Below are positions 62,903 to 64,000 of a DNA stretch of 64,000 nucleotides, in pieces. The first letter of the stretch is position 1. Each line of letters begins with the position of its first letter. The translations under genes were made by a program, and so were the position numbers. The notes under the pieces are model-generated. The model did no database searches. It was not told the DNA's origin and saw only the letters and a program-made list of their open reading frames with translations. This DNA is from an uncultured Acidobacteriota bacterium (GTDB lineage Bacteria; Acidobacteriota; Vicinamibacteria; Fen-336): positions 3,616,001-3,680,000 of the forward strand of contig OY970399.1 in the NCBI GenBank assembly GCA_963720545.1, in the 5' to 3' direction.

Positions 62903-64000
62903 TCAAGCATCCTGCGGCGCGCCGGCGACCACCGAATCGACCCGCGGCTCGCCGCAATGCGCGGCGATCGCGTCGGCCACCCGGTCGCGCAGGGTCACGA
63001 CATCGGAAAAAGCCGTCCCGCCGGGAGCGATCGGCGCCCCGACCCACAGGCTAACCGGCCTGCGCTTCAGGAAGATGCTGCCGTCGCGCAGCACCGAGCG
63101 CGAGCCGCGCAGCGCGATGGGAACCACACTGATGCCGCGCTCGGCGGCGATCTTGAAGGCGCCGAGCCTGAACGGACGCAGGCCCTCGGCGGCGGTGAAG
63201 GTCGCCTCGGGAAACAGCAGCACCCGCTCGCCCGCGGCCAGCGCCTCGCCCACGCGCGCCGCCGCCGCCACGCCCTGCGCGGCGTCGCCGCGATCGACGG
63301 TGAGGTGGCCGGCACGGCGCAGGAACCGCCCCACGAGCGGGTAGCCGAGCACCTCGCGCTTGGCGAGGAACACGAACGGCTGCGGTATCAGGGCACGCAG
63401 CAGCGGGATGTCCACGTACGAGGTGTGATTGCTCGCGAGCATCAACGGCCCGCTGCCGCGCAGGTGCTCGAGCCCTTCTGCGCGGACAGGCACTCCCGAC
63501 ATGAAAACCGCGTACCGCAAGGCCGCCCGCTCCATCCACTGCGCGAAGCGCCTGCTCGGCACGAGCACCACGAGCGGCCAGATGACGAGCGCCACGAGCG
63601 CGAAGGCGAGTGCGAGATAGGTGGTGTAGGCGGCGTCGGCGAACAGCGCCCAACGGACACGCACCGCCGCGCGCGCCGCGCCGAGCCCCAGCCGCAACCG
63701 GTCGCCCGCGCCAAGCCGCTCGCTGCGGCCGAGCGTGCCGGCCTCGTACAGGTCGCGGGTTGCGGCGCGCCGGATCTTGCCGCTCGAGGTCTTGGGCACG
63801 GCGCCCGGCGGCACCAGCAGCACGACGTCGGGAGGGAAGCCGACGACGAGATCCACCTGCTCGCGCACCGCCGCCTCGATCCGCTGGCGCGCGTCGTCGC
63901 CCGCGCGCAGCTCGCGGCTCTCCGCGACCACCACCAGCGACTCGGTGCCCTGCTGTTCGTTCGCGACGCCGAACGCAACCACGCAGCCGCGGCGCACACC
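62903..64000 (-). CDS. Fatty acyl-AMP ligase-like protein fused to a PlsC acyltransferase (5' truncated by window)
   Basis: PKTSSGKIRR followed by NHTSYVD and FPE.T acyltransferase motifs. Confidence 0.85.
   Translation of the reverse strand, partial: GVRRGCVVAFGVANEQQGTESLVVVAESRELRAGDDARQRIEAAVREQVDLVVGFPPDVVLLVPPGAVPKTSSGKIRRAATRDLYEAGTLGRSERLGAGDRLRLGLGAARAAVRVRWALFADAAYTTYLALAFALVALVIWPLVVLVPSRRFAQWMERAALRYAVFMSGVPVRAEGLEHLRGSGPLMLASNHTSYVDIPLLRALIPQPFVFLAKREVLGYPLVGRFLRRAGHLTVDRGDAAQGVAAAARVGEALAAGERVLLFPEATFTAAEGLRPFRLGAFKIAAERGISVVPIALRGSRSVLRDGSIFLKRRPVSLWVGAPIAPGGTAFSDVVTLRDRVADAIAAHCGEPRVDSVVAGAPQDA

Overview
High-GC bacterial DNA. The gene content (acidobacterial PadR plus ADOP permease, WKEIA-type HTH-TolB protein, DUF5916) suggests Acidobacteriota, possibly Vicinamibacteria; this is an inference. 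The window has about 65 CDSs. The left half (1-33 kb) is a patchwork of redox and stress genes: SCO, mpg, a MerR module, msrB-dipZ-msrA, katG, oxidoreductases, and topoisomerase IB next to a PLD-family protein. An integrase-less ~2.9 kb islet (TetR, SDR, MDR) lies between tRNA-Ala(GGC) at 35934-36009 and a copy of its 3' half at 33041-33086. The right half looks more core-like: ECF sigma/anti-sigma, DegQ with a two-component system, amino-acid catabolism and lipid/RNA-modification genes. Best leads: the tRNA islet with paired TetR operators; a membrane-anchored HTH/beta-propeller regulator facing 10-bp-phased repeats and a secreted cupin; a REP/BIME-like repeat family; a sigma54-type promoter on topoIB-PLD; a ZntR-type promoter on a His-rich secreted protein; frequent leaderless starts; and two CTG starts. 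Three genes carry +1 homopolymer frameshifts, probably sequencing errors. No CRISPR array, rRNA, transposase or integrase was seen. All product calls come from motif recognition by eye, not database searches.
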